Source of the DNA: a bacterium
Lineage (GTDB): Bacteria > SM23-31
DNA: 64,000 bases
Reading direction: 5' to 3'
Assembly (NCBI GenBank): GCA_965249485.1
Contig: OZ252239.1
Span: 2,176,001 to 2,240,000, forward strand
The position numbers and the translations under genes were made by a program. Numbering within the stretch: the first letter of the stretch is position 1; every line of letters starts with the position of its first letter. Positions 39,501-50,572 of this stretch are shown here, in pieces. The notes under the pieces were generated by a model. That model had not been told where the DNA came from, made no database searches, and worked only from the letters and a program-made list of their open reading frames with translations.

Positions 39501-40598
39501 TTGAATATCATAGTAAGTAACATTATGTTTAATCAATTAATCGGACAAGATAAGGTTAAGCACTATTTTTCCAAAGCGCTTGATTCTGGAAAACTGCAGC
39601 AGTGCTATCTGCTACACGCTCCCGCAGGCGTGGGTAAAACAGCTGCCGTTCTTGATCTTGCACAGATAATAACCTGCCATAATACCGAATTTCGCCCATG
39701 TGGTGAGTGTGTCAGCTGTGTAAAATTTGTTACTATGGATCATCCAGATGTGTCGCTGTATTTCCCGGTACCTGGTTCTATAAAATCCGAGGAGGAACGC
39801 TCTTTGCGCCTATTGTTGGCGGCTGATCCTTACGCTAAATTAGAGATGCCAAAAAACGGTTCGCTTCATATAGAAATGGTCCGGAAATTGAAGCAGAAAC
39901 TTCGGCTTCAGTCATATCAGGGACAAGGAAGAGTTGTTATCTTGCTAAATTGTGAGTTGCTCACGCCTGATGCAGGAAATGCATTACTGAAAATCCTCGA
40001 AGAACCTCCGGGAGATGTCACATTTTTATTAACGACAACAATTATTGATAATGTGCTGGTTACCATACGCAGCCGGTGCCAGCCTATGCATATGTCATAT
40101 CTGTCATCCGAATGTATAACAGAAGCACTTTCAAAGCGTTTAAACATCGAAGCAAATCAGGCTGTCACCTATGCACAATTTTCAGGCGGAAGTTTTTCTC
40201 GTGCATTAGAATTTACACAAAAGGACTATTCAGTCATTAAGGACGCATGCAGTAATATCCTCGAAACATGTTTGACTGAAAATCAAGTAGAGATTATTGA
40301 GTTTACTGATCTTTTTATGAAAAAGTACGACGGTGCAGCGGTAAAATCTATTCTTGAACTCTTGATAGTAGTACTAAAGCAAATCTATGAGAATGCTTAC
40401 GCATCTCATAATGACAGAGAAGATCAAGTGCCGCTCATAGCAGTGCCATCTGTGTATAAAACATTAGCTTCTACTAAGACTGAAATTGCCATTCGTGCAA
40501 TTGAAAAATCTGTTGATTTGATAAACAAAAATGTGTACATTTATATGATTTTGCTCACCCTGTTTTTTAAACTGAACTCGGTGCATAACCATGAGTAA
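39501..40598 (+). CDS. holB: DNA polymerase III subunit delta'
   Basis: LIGQ, GVGK, zinc motif PCGECVSC...HPD, NALLKILEEPP and TIRSRC. Confidence 0.92.
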   Translation: MNIIVSNIMFNQLIGQDKVKHYFSKALDSGKLQQCYLLHAPAGVGKTAAVLDLAQIITCHNTEFRPCGECVSCVKFVTMDHPDVSLYFPVPGSIKSEEERSLRLLLAADPYAKLEMPKNGSLHIEMVRKLKQKLRLQSYQGQGRVVILLNCELLTPDAGNALLKILEEPPGDVTFLLTTTIIDNVLVTIRSRCQPMHMSYLSSECITEALSKRLNIEANQAVTYAQFSGGSFSRALEFTQKDYSVIKDACSNILETCLTENQVEIIEFTDLFMKKYDGAAVKSILELLIVVLKQIYENAYASHNDREDQVPLIAVPSVYKTLASTKTEIAIRAIEKSVDLINKNVYIYMILLTLFFKLNSVHNHE

Positions 40599-41400
40599 AT
40601 ACTTAGAGATAGAATTCAAAGGCAAGCGTCTGAATAATTATGAATTATTGGAGGATCAGCCGTTTGAAATTCACGATTTTGTTGTTTTGGAATCCGATAA
40701 TGGTATAGATGTCGGAAGAATTCACCGGTTCCTGTGTGATATTTCTCCGTCTGCGAACAATGGAGATATATTTAAAATTCTTCGTAAAGCAACGGAACAG
40801 GACCTGGACAAGCTTAAAGAAAACAGACAAAGAGAAGAAGTAGCAAAACCGATTGCAAGACGTCTGTTTAAGAAGCACAATCTCGATATAAAGCTATCCG
40901 AAGTCGAATTTCAGCTTGATCGGAATAAAGTGACCTTTTATTTTACCTCGGATGAGCGTGTTGATTTTCGGGATTTGGTAAAAGAGTTAGCGCAGGAGTT
41001 TAAAGCACGTATAGAACTCAGGCAAATTAATTCGCGGGAAGCTGCCCGGAAAATTGGAGGATGCGGAGTCTGTGGATTAGAATTGTGCTGCACAACCTGT
41101 ATACTGCGGGACTTTAGCCCGATTTCTACGCAGAATGCAAAAGATCAGATGATGTCTGCCAATCCGTCAAAACTAACGGGTATGTGCGGAAGACTTCGCT
41201 GCTGCCTGCGGTATGAGCTTGAAATGTACAAAAGTGAACTCCAAAGATATCCGGAAATTGCAACAGAAATTAATACACCGGCCGGAAAGGCAATGATTGA
41301 TAAAATTGACATTTTCCATGAAAAAGTGTATTTAAGATTTCTTGATGGTAACTGCGAGCTCTTGCCGATGGAAGATGTTCAATTGTTGATGGCTAATTGA
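40591..41400 (+). CDS. ricT: PSP1/RicT (YaaT) family protein
   Basis: FYFTSDERVDFRDLVK, RIELRQI, GGCGVCG..LCC and GMCGRLRCCLRYE; conserved holB-ricT-metG order. Confidence 0.9.
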   Translation: MSKYLEIEFKGKRLNNYELLEDQPFEIHDFVVLESDNGIDVGRIHRFLCDISPSANNGDIFKILRKATEQDLDKLKENRQREEVAKPIARRLFKKHNLDIKLSEVEFQLDRNKVTFYFTSDERVDFRDLVKELAQEFKARIELRQINSREAARKIGGCGVCGLELCCTTCILRDFSPISTQNAKDQMMSANPSKLTGMCGRLRCCLRYELEMYKSELQRYPEIATEINTPAGKAMIDKIDIFHEKVYLRFLDGNCELLPMEDVQLLMAN

Positions 41401-41509
41401 CGAACAGGCACAATTTATTATTGATCTATAAACACGATAGTTTTTGCAATACAGTTTTGGGCCGGGCGCCATTTCGTTCGGCTTTTGTTTTACTACCCCT
41501 TGATATCGC

Positions 41510-43225
41510 ATGACCAGTCCAAAATCTAAACGAGAGAAGATTCTCGTTACCAGTGCTTTGCCATATGCAAATGGTCCTATCCATCTGGGACATATTGCAG
41601 GGGCATACCTTCCTGCGGATATTTTTGTCCGATATCAGCGACTCAAAGGAAATGATATTATATATATTTGCGGTTCTGACGAACATGGTGTACCAATTAC
41701 TTTACGTGCCGAGGCCGAAGGAGTATCCCCCAAGCAAATCGTCGATAGGTTTCATGAAATGAACAAGAAAAGCTTTTCCCAGATTGGTATTAGTTTTGAC
41801 AATTTTTCAAGAACAACACTGCCTGTTCACTATGAGACATCCAAAGATTTTTTTCTAACTATTCATAAAAAAGGAATTCTTAAGAAAAAAACAGAAACCC
41901 AGCTATATTGCACAACTTGTTCGCGGTTTTTAGCAGACCGGTTTGTCGAGGGAAAATGCCCAAGCTGTTCAAATATCGGGGCACGTGGTGACCAATGCGA
42001 TAAATGTGGTACCTGGCTCGATCCATCGAATCTCATCGATCCCCGATGCAAAATGTGCGGGACTGTACCAGAGGAGCGAATGACCGAGCATTGGTACATT
42101 CCGCTCGGAGATTATCAAAAGGAACTAGAAAAGTGGATATTGTCCAAAACCGATTGGAAGGACAATGTCTTAAATTATTGCAGAGGGTGGTTTGATCAGG
42201 GGCTTGAGGATAGAGCGGTAACGCGGGATTTGGACTGGGGAATCCCTGTACCACTTGAAAAGGCAGAAGGCAAAGTGCTCTATGTCTGGTTCGATGCACC
42301 GATCGGTTATATATCATCAACAAAAGAGTGGGCGGAAAATCTGGGAGAGCCTGAGCGTTGGAAAGACTATTGGTGCAATCCGGATGTGAAAATGTATCAC
42401 TTTATCGGTAAAGATAATATTGTATTTCATGCGATTTTTTTTCCCGTGATCCTCATGGCGTATGGTGGATATAATTTACCTGAAAATGTAGTTGCCAATG
42501 AATTTTTAACGATTGAATCGAAGAAGATATCCACTAGTCAGAATTATGCAGTGTGGCTTGACGACTATTTAAATAACTTTCCTCCTGATCCGCTCCGTTA
42601 TTGTCTTGCATCAATTTCTCCGGAAACAAAGGATGCAGATTTTTCTTGGCATAATTTTCAGTCCCGCAATAATAATGAACTTGCTGATATACTTGGGAAT
42701 TTCATTAATAGGACTCTCGTATTCCTTTGTAAAAATTTTAATGCAACCGTCCCGCATAAGGGGACACTTACAACAGAGGATGGAAAAGTCCTTGCAGAAA
42801 TTGATGCGAAAATAGAAGTTCTTGAAGAGAAATATGAGACGTTTCGAGTAAAAGAGAGTATTACCTTGTTCATGGATATTGCCAGACTGGCAAACAAGTA
42901 TTTTAATGATAATGAACCTTGGGTTACTAGAAAACAGGATGCAGAACGGTGTGCAACAACTCTGTATGTATGTTCACAAATCATTAAAAAACTCGCACTT
43001 GCAATGGCGCCCGTGCTTCCGTTTACTGCGGATGAAATAATGCGTTTTATAAATTCTGAAAACGCATTCCGGACACAATATTGGAAAGAGATTAAAGAAA
43101 CGCCGTTGAAATCAGGTACATTGATTAACAAACCTGAAATTCTTTTTCAGAAAATAGAGGACGAAGTGATTGAACAAGAAATGTGCAAACTCGAAGAGAC
43201 GGTTAAGGAATCGGTAAACAATTAA
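41510..43225 (+). CDS. metG: Methionine--tRNA ligase (catalytic and anticodon-binding part)
   Basis: LPYANGPIHLGH (HIGH motif), GSDEHG, two zinc knuckles, YVWFDA, FIGKDN and KISTS (KMSKS motif). Confidence 0.97.
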   Translation: MTSPKSKREKILVTSALPYANGPIHLGHIAGAYLPADIFVRYQRLKGNDIIYICGSDEHGVPITLRAEAEGVSPKQIVDRFHEMNKKSFSQIGISFDNFSRTTLPVHYETSKDFFLTIHKKGILKKKTETQLYCTTCSRFLADRFVEGKCPSCSNIGARGDQCDKCGTWLDPSNLIDPRCKMCGTVPEERMTEHWYIPLGDYQKELEKWILSKTDWKDNVLNYCRGWFDQGLEDRAVTRDLDWGIPVPLEKAEGKVLYVWFDAPIGYISSTKEWAENLGEPERWKDYWCNPDVKMYHFIGKDNIVFHAIFFPVILMAYGGYNLPENVVANEFLTIESKKISTSQNYAVWLDDYLNNFPPDPLRYCLASISPETKDADFSWHNFQSRNNNELADILGNFINRTLVFLCKNFNATVPHKGTLTTEDGKVLAEIDAKIEVLEEKYETFRVKESITLFMDIARLANKYFNDNEPWVTRKQDAERCATTLYVCSQIIKKLALAMAPVLPFTADEIMRFINSENAFRTQYWKEIKETPLKSGTLINKPEILFQKIEDEVIEQEMCKLEETVKESVNN

Positions 43226-43255
43226 TTATTAAAAATGAAGTAAAGGTCTCGACTG

Positions 43256-43582
43256 ATGGATGATATTACAATAGATGATTTCAAAAAACTCGATATTAGA
43301 ATTGCAGAAGTAAAAAGTGCTGCCCGTGTTCCTAATACAGATAAGCTAATGCGGATGGAAGTTGATGACGGAGAAGATATACGATTTATTATTTCCGGTA
43401 TCGCGGAGCACTATGAGAGTGAAGATCTGGTCGGCAGATCAATAGTGTTGTTTGCGAATCTGAAACCGGCAAAAATCAGAGGTGAAATATCAAACGGGAT
43501 GTTACTCGCTGCAGGAAATGACGGTGAATTAGCGCTCTTGACGACCGATAAATCAATGAAACCGGGAAGTAAAGTTACCTAA
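43256..43582 (+). CDS. Stand-alone tRNA-binding OB-fold (MetRS C-terminal / Trbp111 / CsaA-like)
   Basis: ITIDDFKKLDIR, DKL, IISGIA and NLKPAKIRGEISNGMLLAA. Confidence 0.88.
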   Translation: MDDITIDDFKKLDIRIAEVKSAARVPNTDKLMRMEVDDGEDIRFIISGIAEHYESEDLVGRSIVLFANLKPAKIRGEISNGMLLAAGNDGELALLTTDKSMKPGSKVT

Positions 43583-43692
43583 GTACTATTCTGTAAAAAT
43601 GTTCTTTATAAATTATTATTAATTCATAAAAAAAGATTTATTGCTATCGGAAAGCACTTTGACTGAGCTTATAAGAAGAGGAGCACAATATA

Positions 43693-45624
43693 ATGAAAAG
43701 AAATAACAGGTGGAGGTGGGTATTCATTTTTGTATGCATTATTACCGCCATCTATTACCTATTTCCAACATTCAAATATTATAATCTCTCGCCGGAGTAT
43801 AAGGGTAGTTCTGATAACACTGAAGTTGTTAGAGATCTTGAATCGAAATCTATTAAACGGGGTCTTGACTTGCAGGGTGGCATACGGCTAGTAATGGAAA
43901 TCAATCTTTCGAGCCTTGTCGAGCAGCTTAGTACAAATCAGGACGACCGATTTAATGAGGTTCATCAACTTGCCTCACAGATGTCACTAAGTCAGGAGGA
44001 GGATTTTCTGACGATATTTCTCAGACTGGCTCAAGAAAATAATCTGCCAATGGATTTATATTTTGATCGCGACAGACGGCTTGATGAGAATAACAACGTT
44101 CGTGCTGTAGATACTTATTTACGTAATGAAGCTAATAATGGAATTCTACAGTCTTTAGAAATCCTTAGAAATAGAATCGACCAGTATGGTGTTGCTGAGC
44201 CAATTATCCAGAGACAGGGTCAAAACAGAGTTATCGTTGAATTAGCTGGGGTTGATGACATAGACAGAGCTCAATCTCTCGTCGGTAAAACAGCATTGTT
44301 GGAATTTAAGCTCCTCAAATCTGCAGAAATTGTAATCGAAGTTTTTGATTCATTTGATCGTCTTCTGTCACGGGAATCTCAAGCATCCATCACCGGGCAG
44401 GATGCAGAAAGTGATGAAGGAGATACTACGCAAGTTGAAAGAGCACCGTCAACACAAACTGAGGCAAATGCTTCAGAGTTGTTTGGTGAATCTGATGCAG
44501 CAGTACTATCCGAAGTTGAAGAGGAGTCAACGGTAATATTTGATGAGCAGACCTTTGGTCAGAACCCGTTTCGGTCACTGCTTGCAAATATAACACCTTA
44601 CAGTGGATGGACTGGCGTTGATGAGCGAAATATGGGATTAGTAAACCGTTTGTTGGCTCGTGAAGATTTTCAACGTATTATCCCAAACGATGCGGCGTTT
44701 TATTGGGCGGCAAAGCCGATTGTACATCAAGATGTAAATTATTATGAGCTTTTTCTTCTTGAGCGAAATGCAGAACTTACAGGTGAGGTTATAACCGATG
44801 CGCGAGTTAACATCGGTCAGGGATACGATCCCACTACGGCGGGACAACCTCTTGTCTCGATGAGTATGAACCGGCAGGGATCAAATGAATGGTCCCGTGT
44901 CACGGGAGCCAACATAGAAAAACGGATTGCAATAGTCCTTGATGACCGTGTGTATTCAGCACCGGTTGTCAGATCACAGATTACCGGCGGTAATTCCTCG
45001 ATAGAAGGTATGGGATCGATGGAAGAGGCAAAGGATTTATCGATCATACTTCGAGCGGGGGCATTTGCGGCCGATATGGAGATTATCGCAAAACAAACTG
45101 TGACAGCATCGCTCGGAGCCGATTCTATCCAAAAAGGAACAACTTCTGCAATACTTGCATTTGTCGTTGTTATTCTTTTTATGCTTGTATACTACAGAAT
45201 GTCGGGTTCTATTGCTGATCTTGCTCTCTTTTTAAATCTAATTTTTGTTATGGCAATTTTGGCGGGATTCGGTGCAACTTTAACATTGCCGGGAATTGCT
45301 GGTTTGATATTGACAATCGGAATGGCGGTGGATGCTAATGTGTTGATATTTGAACGCATAAAGGAAGAACTGCTTACCGGTAAGACGGTCAGGGCAGCCA
45401 TTGACAGCGGTTATTCTCGCGCTTTTTATGCTATTCTCGATGCAAACTTAACAACCTTAATTGCTGCCGTCGTCTTATACCAGTATGGTACAGGGCCGAT
45501 AAAGGGATTTGCACTTGTCCTTATGATTGGAATTTCATCGAGTATGTTTACAGCAATAGTTTTCACGCGATGCGTTTTTGATTTTATAACAAGCAGGTGG
45601 ACATTGCAGAGAATCAGCATTTAA
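43693..45624 (+). CDS. secD: Protein translocase subunit SecD
   Basis: GLDLQGG, RNRIDQYGVAEP, RIAIVLD, TLPGIAG.ILTIGMAVDANVLIFERIKEE and DANLTT. Confidence 0.97.
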   Translation: MKRNNRWRWVFIFVCIITAIYYLFPTFKYYNLSPEYKGSSDNTEVVRDLESKSIKRGLDLQGGIRLVMEINLSSLVEQLSTNQDDRFNEVHQLASQMSLSQEEDFLTIFLRLAQENNLPMDLYFDRDRRLDENNNVRAVDTYLRNEANNGILQSLEILRNRIDQYGVAEPIIQRQGQNRVIVELAGVDDIDRAQSLVGKTALLEFKLLKSAEIVIEVFDSFDRLLSRESQASITGQDAESDEGDTTQVERAPSTQTEANASELFGESDAAVLSEVEEESTVIFDEQTFGQNPFRSLLANITPYSGWTGVDERNMGLVNRLLAREDFQRIIPNDAAFYWAAKPIVHQDVNYYELFLLERNAELTGEVITDARVNIGQGYDPTTAGQPLVSMSMNRQGSNEWSRVTGANIEKRIAIVLDDRVYSAPVVRSQITGGNSSIEGMGSMEEAKDLSIILRAGAFAADMEIIAKQTVTASLGADSIQKGTTSAILAFVVVILFMLVYYRMSGSIADLALFLNLIFVMAILAGFGATLTLPGIAGLILTIGMAVDANVLIFERIKEELLTGKTVRAAIDSGYSRAFYAILDANLTTLIAAVVLYQYGTGPIKGFALVLMIGISSSMFTAIVFTRCVFDFITSRWTLQRISI

Positions 45625-45679
45625 TAAAAAATTAAAATTAAACACCTGATGTTTTTGAACGAGATAGGGAACGAAAATT

Positions 45680-46588
45680 ATGGAATTTATTAAACAGGAC
45701 GTAAACATTGATTTTTTAGGAAAAAGGCAAGCAGGACTCTATTTCTCTCTAATAGTGATAGGAATTGGGCTTATTTCACTTTTGATGCGCGGCGGCCCCA
45801 ATTTTGGATTGGATTTCACCGGAGGAACGGAAATGGAACTGCACTTTGAAAATCCGATTGAGATAGGGACCATAAGGACAGCATTGAATTCTGTAAATCT
45901 CGGAAATAGTGAAATTAAGACTTTCGGAAGCCCTAACGAGATTATAATTACGACAGATTTGCTGGGAGAATTAGTAAATGTATCCGATATGGTGCTTGAA
46001 GTGCTGCAAAATGAATTTTCTGGAAATACTATTTCTATACTGAGTACCGAATCTGTTGGACCCCGTATTGGTAATGAATTGAAAAATCAAGCTGTAATTG
46101 CAATTTTTCTTTCACTAATATTCCTCATTATCTTCATTAGCTGGCGATTTGAATTTAAATTTGCTATCGGTGCTATAGCAGCACTCGTTCACGATGTGCT
46201 CGTTACAATTGGATTGTTCAGCTTACTCAATAAAGAGATTACCCTTGCTATTGTAGCCGCACTGCTCTTTATCGTCGGTTATTCTTTGAATGATACCATT
46301 GTGGTTTCAGACAGAATCAGAGAAAATCTGAAACTGCTGCGGCGTGAAAATTTTCATACAGTCGTAAACAAAAGCTTAAACCAGACGCTGAGCCGTACTA
46401 TTATTACATCGGTAACAACACTAATGGCTGTTGTTATTATATTCCTGCTTGGGAGCGAAATTATTAAAGACTTTGCACTTGCGCTCATCATCGGAGTTAC
46501 CATTGGAACCTATTCATCTATTTTTGTTGCAACTCCTATTGTAGTAAGTTACCACGATCAACAGGAAAGCAAAAAGAAAATGAGGTAA
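45680..46588 (+). CDS. secF: Protein translocase subunit SecF
   Basis: GLDFTGG, VGP.IG.EL, HDV, GYSLNDTIVVSDRIRE, TLSRT and GTYSSIF. Confidence 0.97.
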   Translation: MEFIKQDVNIDFLGKRQAGLYFSLIVIGIGLISLLMRGGPNFGLDFTGGTEMELHFENPIEIGTIRTALNSVNLGNSEIKTFGSPNEIIITTDLLGELVNVSDMVLEVLQNEFSGNTISILSTESVGPRIGNELKNQAVIAIFLSLIFLIIFISWRFEFKFAIGAIAALVHDVLVTIGLFSLLNKEITLAIVAALLFIVGYSLNDTIVVSDRIRENLKLLRRENFHTVVNKSLNQTLSRTIITSVTTLMAVVIIFLLGSEIIKDFALALIIGVTIGTYSSIFVATPIVVSYHDQQESKKKMR

Positions 46589-46616
46589 CGGATTATCAGA
46601 GCAAATAAATCTCATT

Positions 46617-47536
46617 ATGGAATAATCCGTATATTTAGTATTGTTTTATTTTCAATATTTTTATTTTCGTCTGCATATCAGATTCCGACACAAGATTTTT
46701 CGGGCGTGTCTGCTTTTACCTACCTCGAAAAGCAAGTTTCGTTTGGACCAAGAAATCCCTCTTCCGACGGGCACCGTGCATGTTTTGCATATCTCACAAA
46801 GGAGTTGGGAAAGTTCAGCAGACATGTCACTACTCAACCGTTTTTATTCAGAGATCCCGATACAAATAATACTCTGACACTTACCAATATTATAGCCTCT
46901 TTTCCCGGTACAAATCACACAGATCAGAAAATACTATTAGCAGCCCACTGGGATACCCGTCCGAGAGCAGAACGTGATCCGATAATGGAGGAAAGAAATA
47001 AACCAATTACCGGTGCAAATGATGGTGCATCCGGAGTAGCAGTATTACTTGAATTGAGCCGAGTGTTATCTGAACATCCTCCGCCAGTTTCTATCGATAT
47101 TGTTCTGTTTGACGGGGAAGATTACGGAAAACCAGGAGTACGTGATCATTACCTGCTGGGTTCAAAACATTTTGCAAGTAATACAACACCACCAAAGTAT
47201 CAATGGGGTGTTTTGCTCGATATGGTTGGGGATAAGAATGTAAGGTTCAAAAAAGAGGGGTATTCATACAAAATGCTCCCTGATTTAGTTAACAGAATCT
47301 GGAAAAGAGCTCGAAATCTCAATTTAACTGCATTTGATAATGCTATTGATCGGGAAATATACGACGATCATTACCCTCTTATACAGGTCGGCATTCCGAT
47401 TGTTGATATCATTCACACCGATCTTATCGATAATGATTATTGGCATACTACTGGTGATACCGTAGATAAATGTTCTCCGGAAAGCCTTTCAATGGTGGGG
47501 CAATTATTAATGAGTCTTGTTTATGATGGTTTATAA
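46617..47536 (+). CDS. M28 family peptidase / glutaminyl cyclase-like exported protein; start uncertain (probable 1-nt deletion just after ATG 46617)
   Basis: AHWDTRP, GANDGASGV, FDGEDYG, LLDMVG, DDH.P and WHT..D. A signal-like stretch IIRIFSIVLFSIFLFSSAYQ lies in frame upstream of the ORF-track start but has no in-frame ATG. Confidence 0.85.
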
Positions 47537-47660
47537 TTATTTAAGAACTATTTCCTGATTTGTTCATATGGAAAACCTTGACTAACAATTATCAATTTAT
47601 TATTTTGAAGTATCAACCGTTTAGAAATGTTTAACTTGTATTGAATAAATTTGTTCAATT

Positions 47661-48515
47661 ATGAGGAGGGAACTACTTGACATGGTAACCCGTATAGCAC
47701 TTGCTCAGATATCCGCTTCAGAAGACAAAAATATCAATATCAACAAGGCGGAAGCCTTTATGAAAAAGGCGGAAGAAAGTAGTGTTAACATCATTTGTTT
47801 TCCTATGCTGAGCTTTTTAAGATATTTTCCACAATACAACCAAGAGTCAAAATATTTAGATCTTGCAGAAAAAGAATCTGGTCCAACAGTGGGCCATTTT
47901 CAGAATCTTACACAACAATATGGCGTAGTAACAATTATTAATGTGTATGAAAAAGATCCGAACGGCCAATTTTTTAATGCAACTCATGTAATTGGGATTG
48001 ACGGGTCATTACTCGGGAAAGTCCAAAAAATGTATCTGGTGGAAGAACCGGGCTTTTATGAACAATATTACTACAAACAAGATGATACTAATATACCTCA
48101 GGTGTTTACAACAAAATTTGGAACGATAGGTGTAGTCAATTGTTATGACAGGCACTTTCCTGAACAAATGAGAGCAGTAACACTGAAGGGTGCTGATATT
48201 ATTTTTACGCCGCAAGCGATAACGAAAGATGACCCGGCAGACTTGCATCTCATCGAAATGCAGGCAACTTCTTTTCAAAATCAGATATTCATCGGGCTTG
48301 TTAACAGGATTGGCATTGATGATAAAATCGAATTTTCAGGGGGGAGTTTCGTTACGGATCCAACCGGTAAAATTGCCGCTGTTGCAGGAATAGATAAAGA
48401 AGAACTGCTTATTACCAATTGTGACCTTGCATTGATAGAAAAAATGAGGAGTAAGCACCCGTTTTTGCAATTTAGACGGCCTGAATTGTATGACATATTG
48501 CAGAAGAGGATATGA
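47661..48515 (+). CDS. Carbon-nitrogen hydrolase (nitrilase superfamily; N-carbamoylputrescine amidase/beta-ureidopropionase-like)
   Basis: RIALAQ, FN, QKMYL, GFYEQYY, NCYDRHFPE, NRIG and GGSF.TDP.G; the catalytic Glu position reads Met. Confidence 0.85.
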   Translation: MRRELLDMVTRIALAQISASEDKNININKAEAFMKKAEESSVNIICFPMLSFLRYFPQYNQESKYLDLAEKESGPTVGHFQNLTQQYGVVTIINVYEKDPNGQFFNATHVIGIDGSLLGKVQKMYLVEEPGFYEQYYYKQDDTNIPQVFTTKFGTIGVVNCYDRHFPEQMRAVTLKGADIIFTPQAITKDDPADLHLIEMQATSFQNQIFIGLVNRIGIDDKIEFSGGSFVTDPTGKIAAVAGIDKEELLITNCDLALIEKMRSKHPFLQFRRPELYDILQKRI

Positions 48516-48910
48516 GATCAATGAATGAAGAAATTCAGAATAAAATCAAAGTAACTGATGCAATTAGTACGGTTATTGGACGGGGGACTCATATTGAGGG
48601 ACCAGTTAAGATAAAAAACTCTGCACGAATCGATGGTCATATACAGGGCAGCGTCACATCTGATCAGGATATAATAATCGGTGAAGGTGGTATAGTCGAC
48701 GGTAAAATTGTGTCAAAAACTGCAATAATCGGTGGTAAAGTAAGTGGTACTGTTATGGCAACAAGGCAGGTGATTCTGGAAGAGAATGCCGAATTGTTGG
48801 GGGATATCCATACAGAGCAATTAAAGATTACAGAGGGGGCAAAGTTTAATGGCTACTGCTATATGCTTTCGGAGGGTGAGAAAAATAAACTCGCATTGCA
48901 CACACCGTAA
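48512..48910 (+). CDS. Bactofilin (polymer-forming cytoskeletal protein, CcmA family)
   Basis: STVIGRGT.IEG......RIDG.I.G...IIGEGG.V.G beta-helix repeats ending in GAKFNG. Confidence 0.92.
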   Translation: MRSMNEEIQNKIKVTDAISTVIGRGTHIEGPVKIKNSARIDGHIQGSVTSDQDIIIGEGGIVDGKIVSKTAIIGGKVSGTVMATRQVILEENAELLGDIHTEQLKITEGAKFNGYCYMLSEGEKNKLALHTP

Positions 48911-49072
48911 TTCCTCGTGATTCATTCGTTGCTACATTTTCACATTAAAGCCATCTGGGAAATATAATCAAACACGTATTTCGAATTAATATAAATTAAT
49001 TAATTTCATGAATGTTCAGGTAAGCATTAATGTGGGAATATCTGCTTTAAAATACAATCCTGATTAACGGCT

Positions 49073-50260
49073 CTATTTCTGAATAGCTTCTTGAACAGTT
49101 GCGCGGTAAATATCTGTTTCAATAGCTTCAAGATATACAAGAAGACTGTCTTCAATGAATTCGACAGTTTTAAAAGGAAGTTTACGTTCGGCATCCAGAA
49201 CATTGGATAGGAACCAGATTGCTTCCAGTACCCCAGGTACACCAAGCCCTTTGCTGAAGAGGCCAAGTTTACTTTTGAGAAAGGTGGGAGTGACTCTTTC
49301 ATCGAGAGCCTGTAATTCACCGAGATCAAAGAAAAACTCGCCTTGCTGCCCCTGAGCAGCTTCGAAAAGGATTGAAACATTATCAATTTCGCCTTCTACC
49401 GCATACGATATAATTACGATCCGTTTTGATTTGAAATCGGCAGTATGAACAAATACACGAGTATTATCATCTAAATAAGTTTCACTCAATTTAAAAGTAA
49501 TATCGCCGATTGATTGAATGAATTCTTCTTTCCGCTTTTTCTCTCTGCTGACAATAAGATTCATTTTTTCGACGGCAGTTTTAGCCCCAGGTGCTCGTGA
49601 ATCACGTTTAATGTCAGCACCCTGACCCCCCATTCTCCTCTTCGCCTCAAGATCGTGCTTGAGCTTATTGCCGTGTTTTGCCTGATATGCTTTCAGCTCT
49701 TTAGAGAACAGTTTAGATATTGAAACAGTATCGAGCTCGTAACGTTCTTTCTGAACAGTTGAAATAATTTCCCGACTATCAACTTCTTGGTTTGGGATCA
49801 TTTCTCTGATCATATCGGAAATCAATGGTGAAACAATATCTTTATAACCTGAATCTACAATTGCTTTAACCCGCCCTCTTGTCCGGGGATCATCAGCTAC
49901 TGCCATAGAAATCTTCTCGGCAATAAGCTCCTTACTGCGGATATTGTACATCAGCAAAGAGTCTTCAATCATTTTCTGGATTTTTGCCTCGTTAGTATCA
50001 CCCATTATCAGAGATTTGGCGATGCATAGATCAAAGATAATTGACTCATAATCACTTATGGGAATTTTACCTTTAAAATTATTCTCGTAAATTGAGTCTA
50101 AGTTTTTTCTGAAAAATGCACGTTTCTTGGCGGAACCTTCTATTGATTCCTGTTCTTCCTGTAAAAACCGAATCATTCGCTTAATATCATCGTATGCTTT
50201 TATTTTCGCAAGACTTACGCTCTTTTCACCCATATTCGCAATACTTACATTGTTCCACAA
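49073..50260 (-). CDS. Hypothetical cytoplasmic protein (395 aa)
   Basis: Long open ORF with protein-like composition; no recognised motif. Confidence 0.7.
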   Translation of the reverse strand: MWNNVSIANMGEKSVSLAKIKAYDDIKRMIRFLQEEQESIEGSAKKRAFFRKNLDSIYENNFKGKIPISDYESIIFDLCIAKSLIMGDTNEAKIQKMIEDSLLMYNIRSKELIAEKISMAVADDPRTRGRVKAIVDSGYKDIVSPLISDMIREMIPNQEVDSREIISTVQKERYELDTVSISKLFSKELKAYQAKHGNKLKHDLEAKRRMGGQGADIKRDSRAPGAKTAVEKMNLIVSREKKRKEEFIQSIGDITFKLSETYLDDNTRVFVHTADFKSKRIVIISYAVEGEIDNVSILFEAAQGQQGEFFFDLGELQALDERVTPTFLKSKLGLFSKGLGVPGVLEAIWFLSNVLDAERKLPFKTVEFIEDSLLVYLEAIETDIYRATVQEAIQK

Positions 50261-50492
50261 GAAATTAATCTTATTAGTTTAATAATTATAGGGCTGAAAA
50301 TCAAGACAAATGTTATATGTACAACAAATTTGCATAATATACAGTTTCAGCAATTCACTGCTGGATTTCAGCATATTTAATCATTGCACTATCATTATTG
50401 TAATATGATTGATATAAATCCTGTTACGAATCAATCTATCTAAGTTTGTATAATATACTAAGAAACAATCAAATCAAGAACTGAATTTGTCC

Positions 50493-50521
50493 TTGACAAT
50501 TGGTGAAAATATAGGTAATTT
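50493..50521 (+). promoter_or_regulatory. Sigma70-type promoter for the small ORF at 50573
   Basis: TTGACA-N17-TAATTT, followed by an AGGAG RBS at 50561. Confidence 0.55.
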
Positions 50522-50572
50522 AAATAGTATAAATACTGAAGCTATTCCAATAGATTGCTGAGGAGAATATGT

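Noticed and set aside
46586..46706. Read-through fusion of SecF to the M28 peptidase (same frame across the TAA)
   Set aside because: SecF ends at its normal length. A one-base indel after the nearby ATG explains the missing start more simply.
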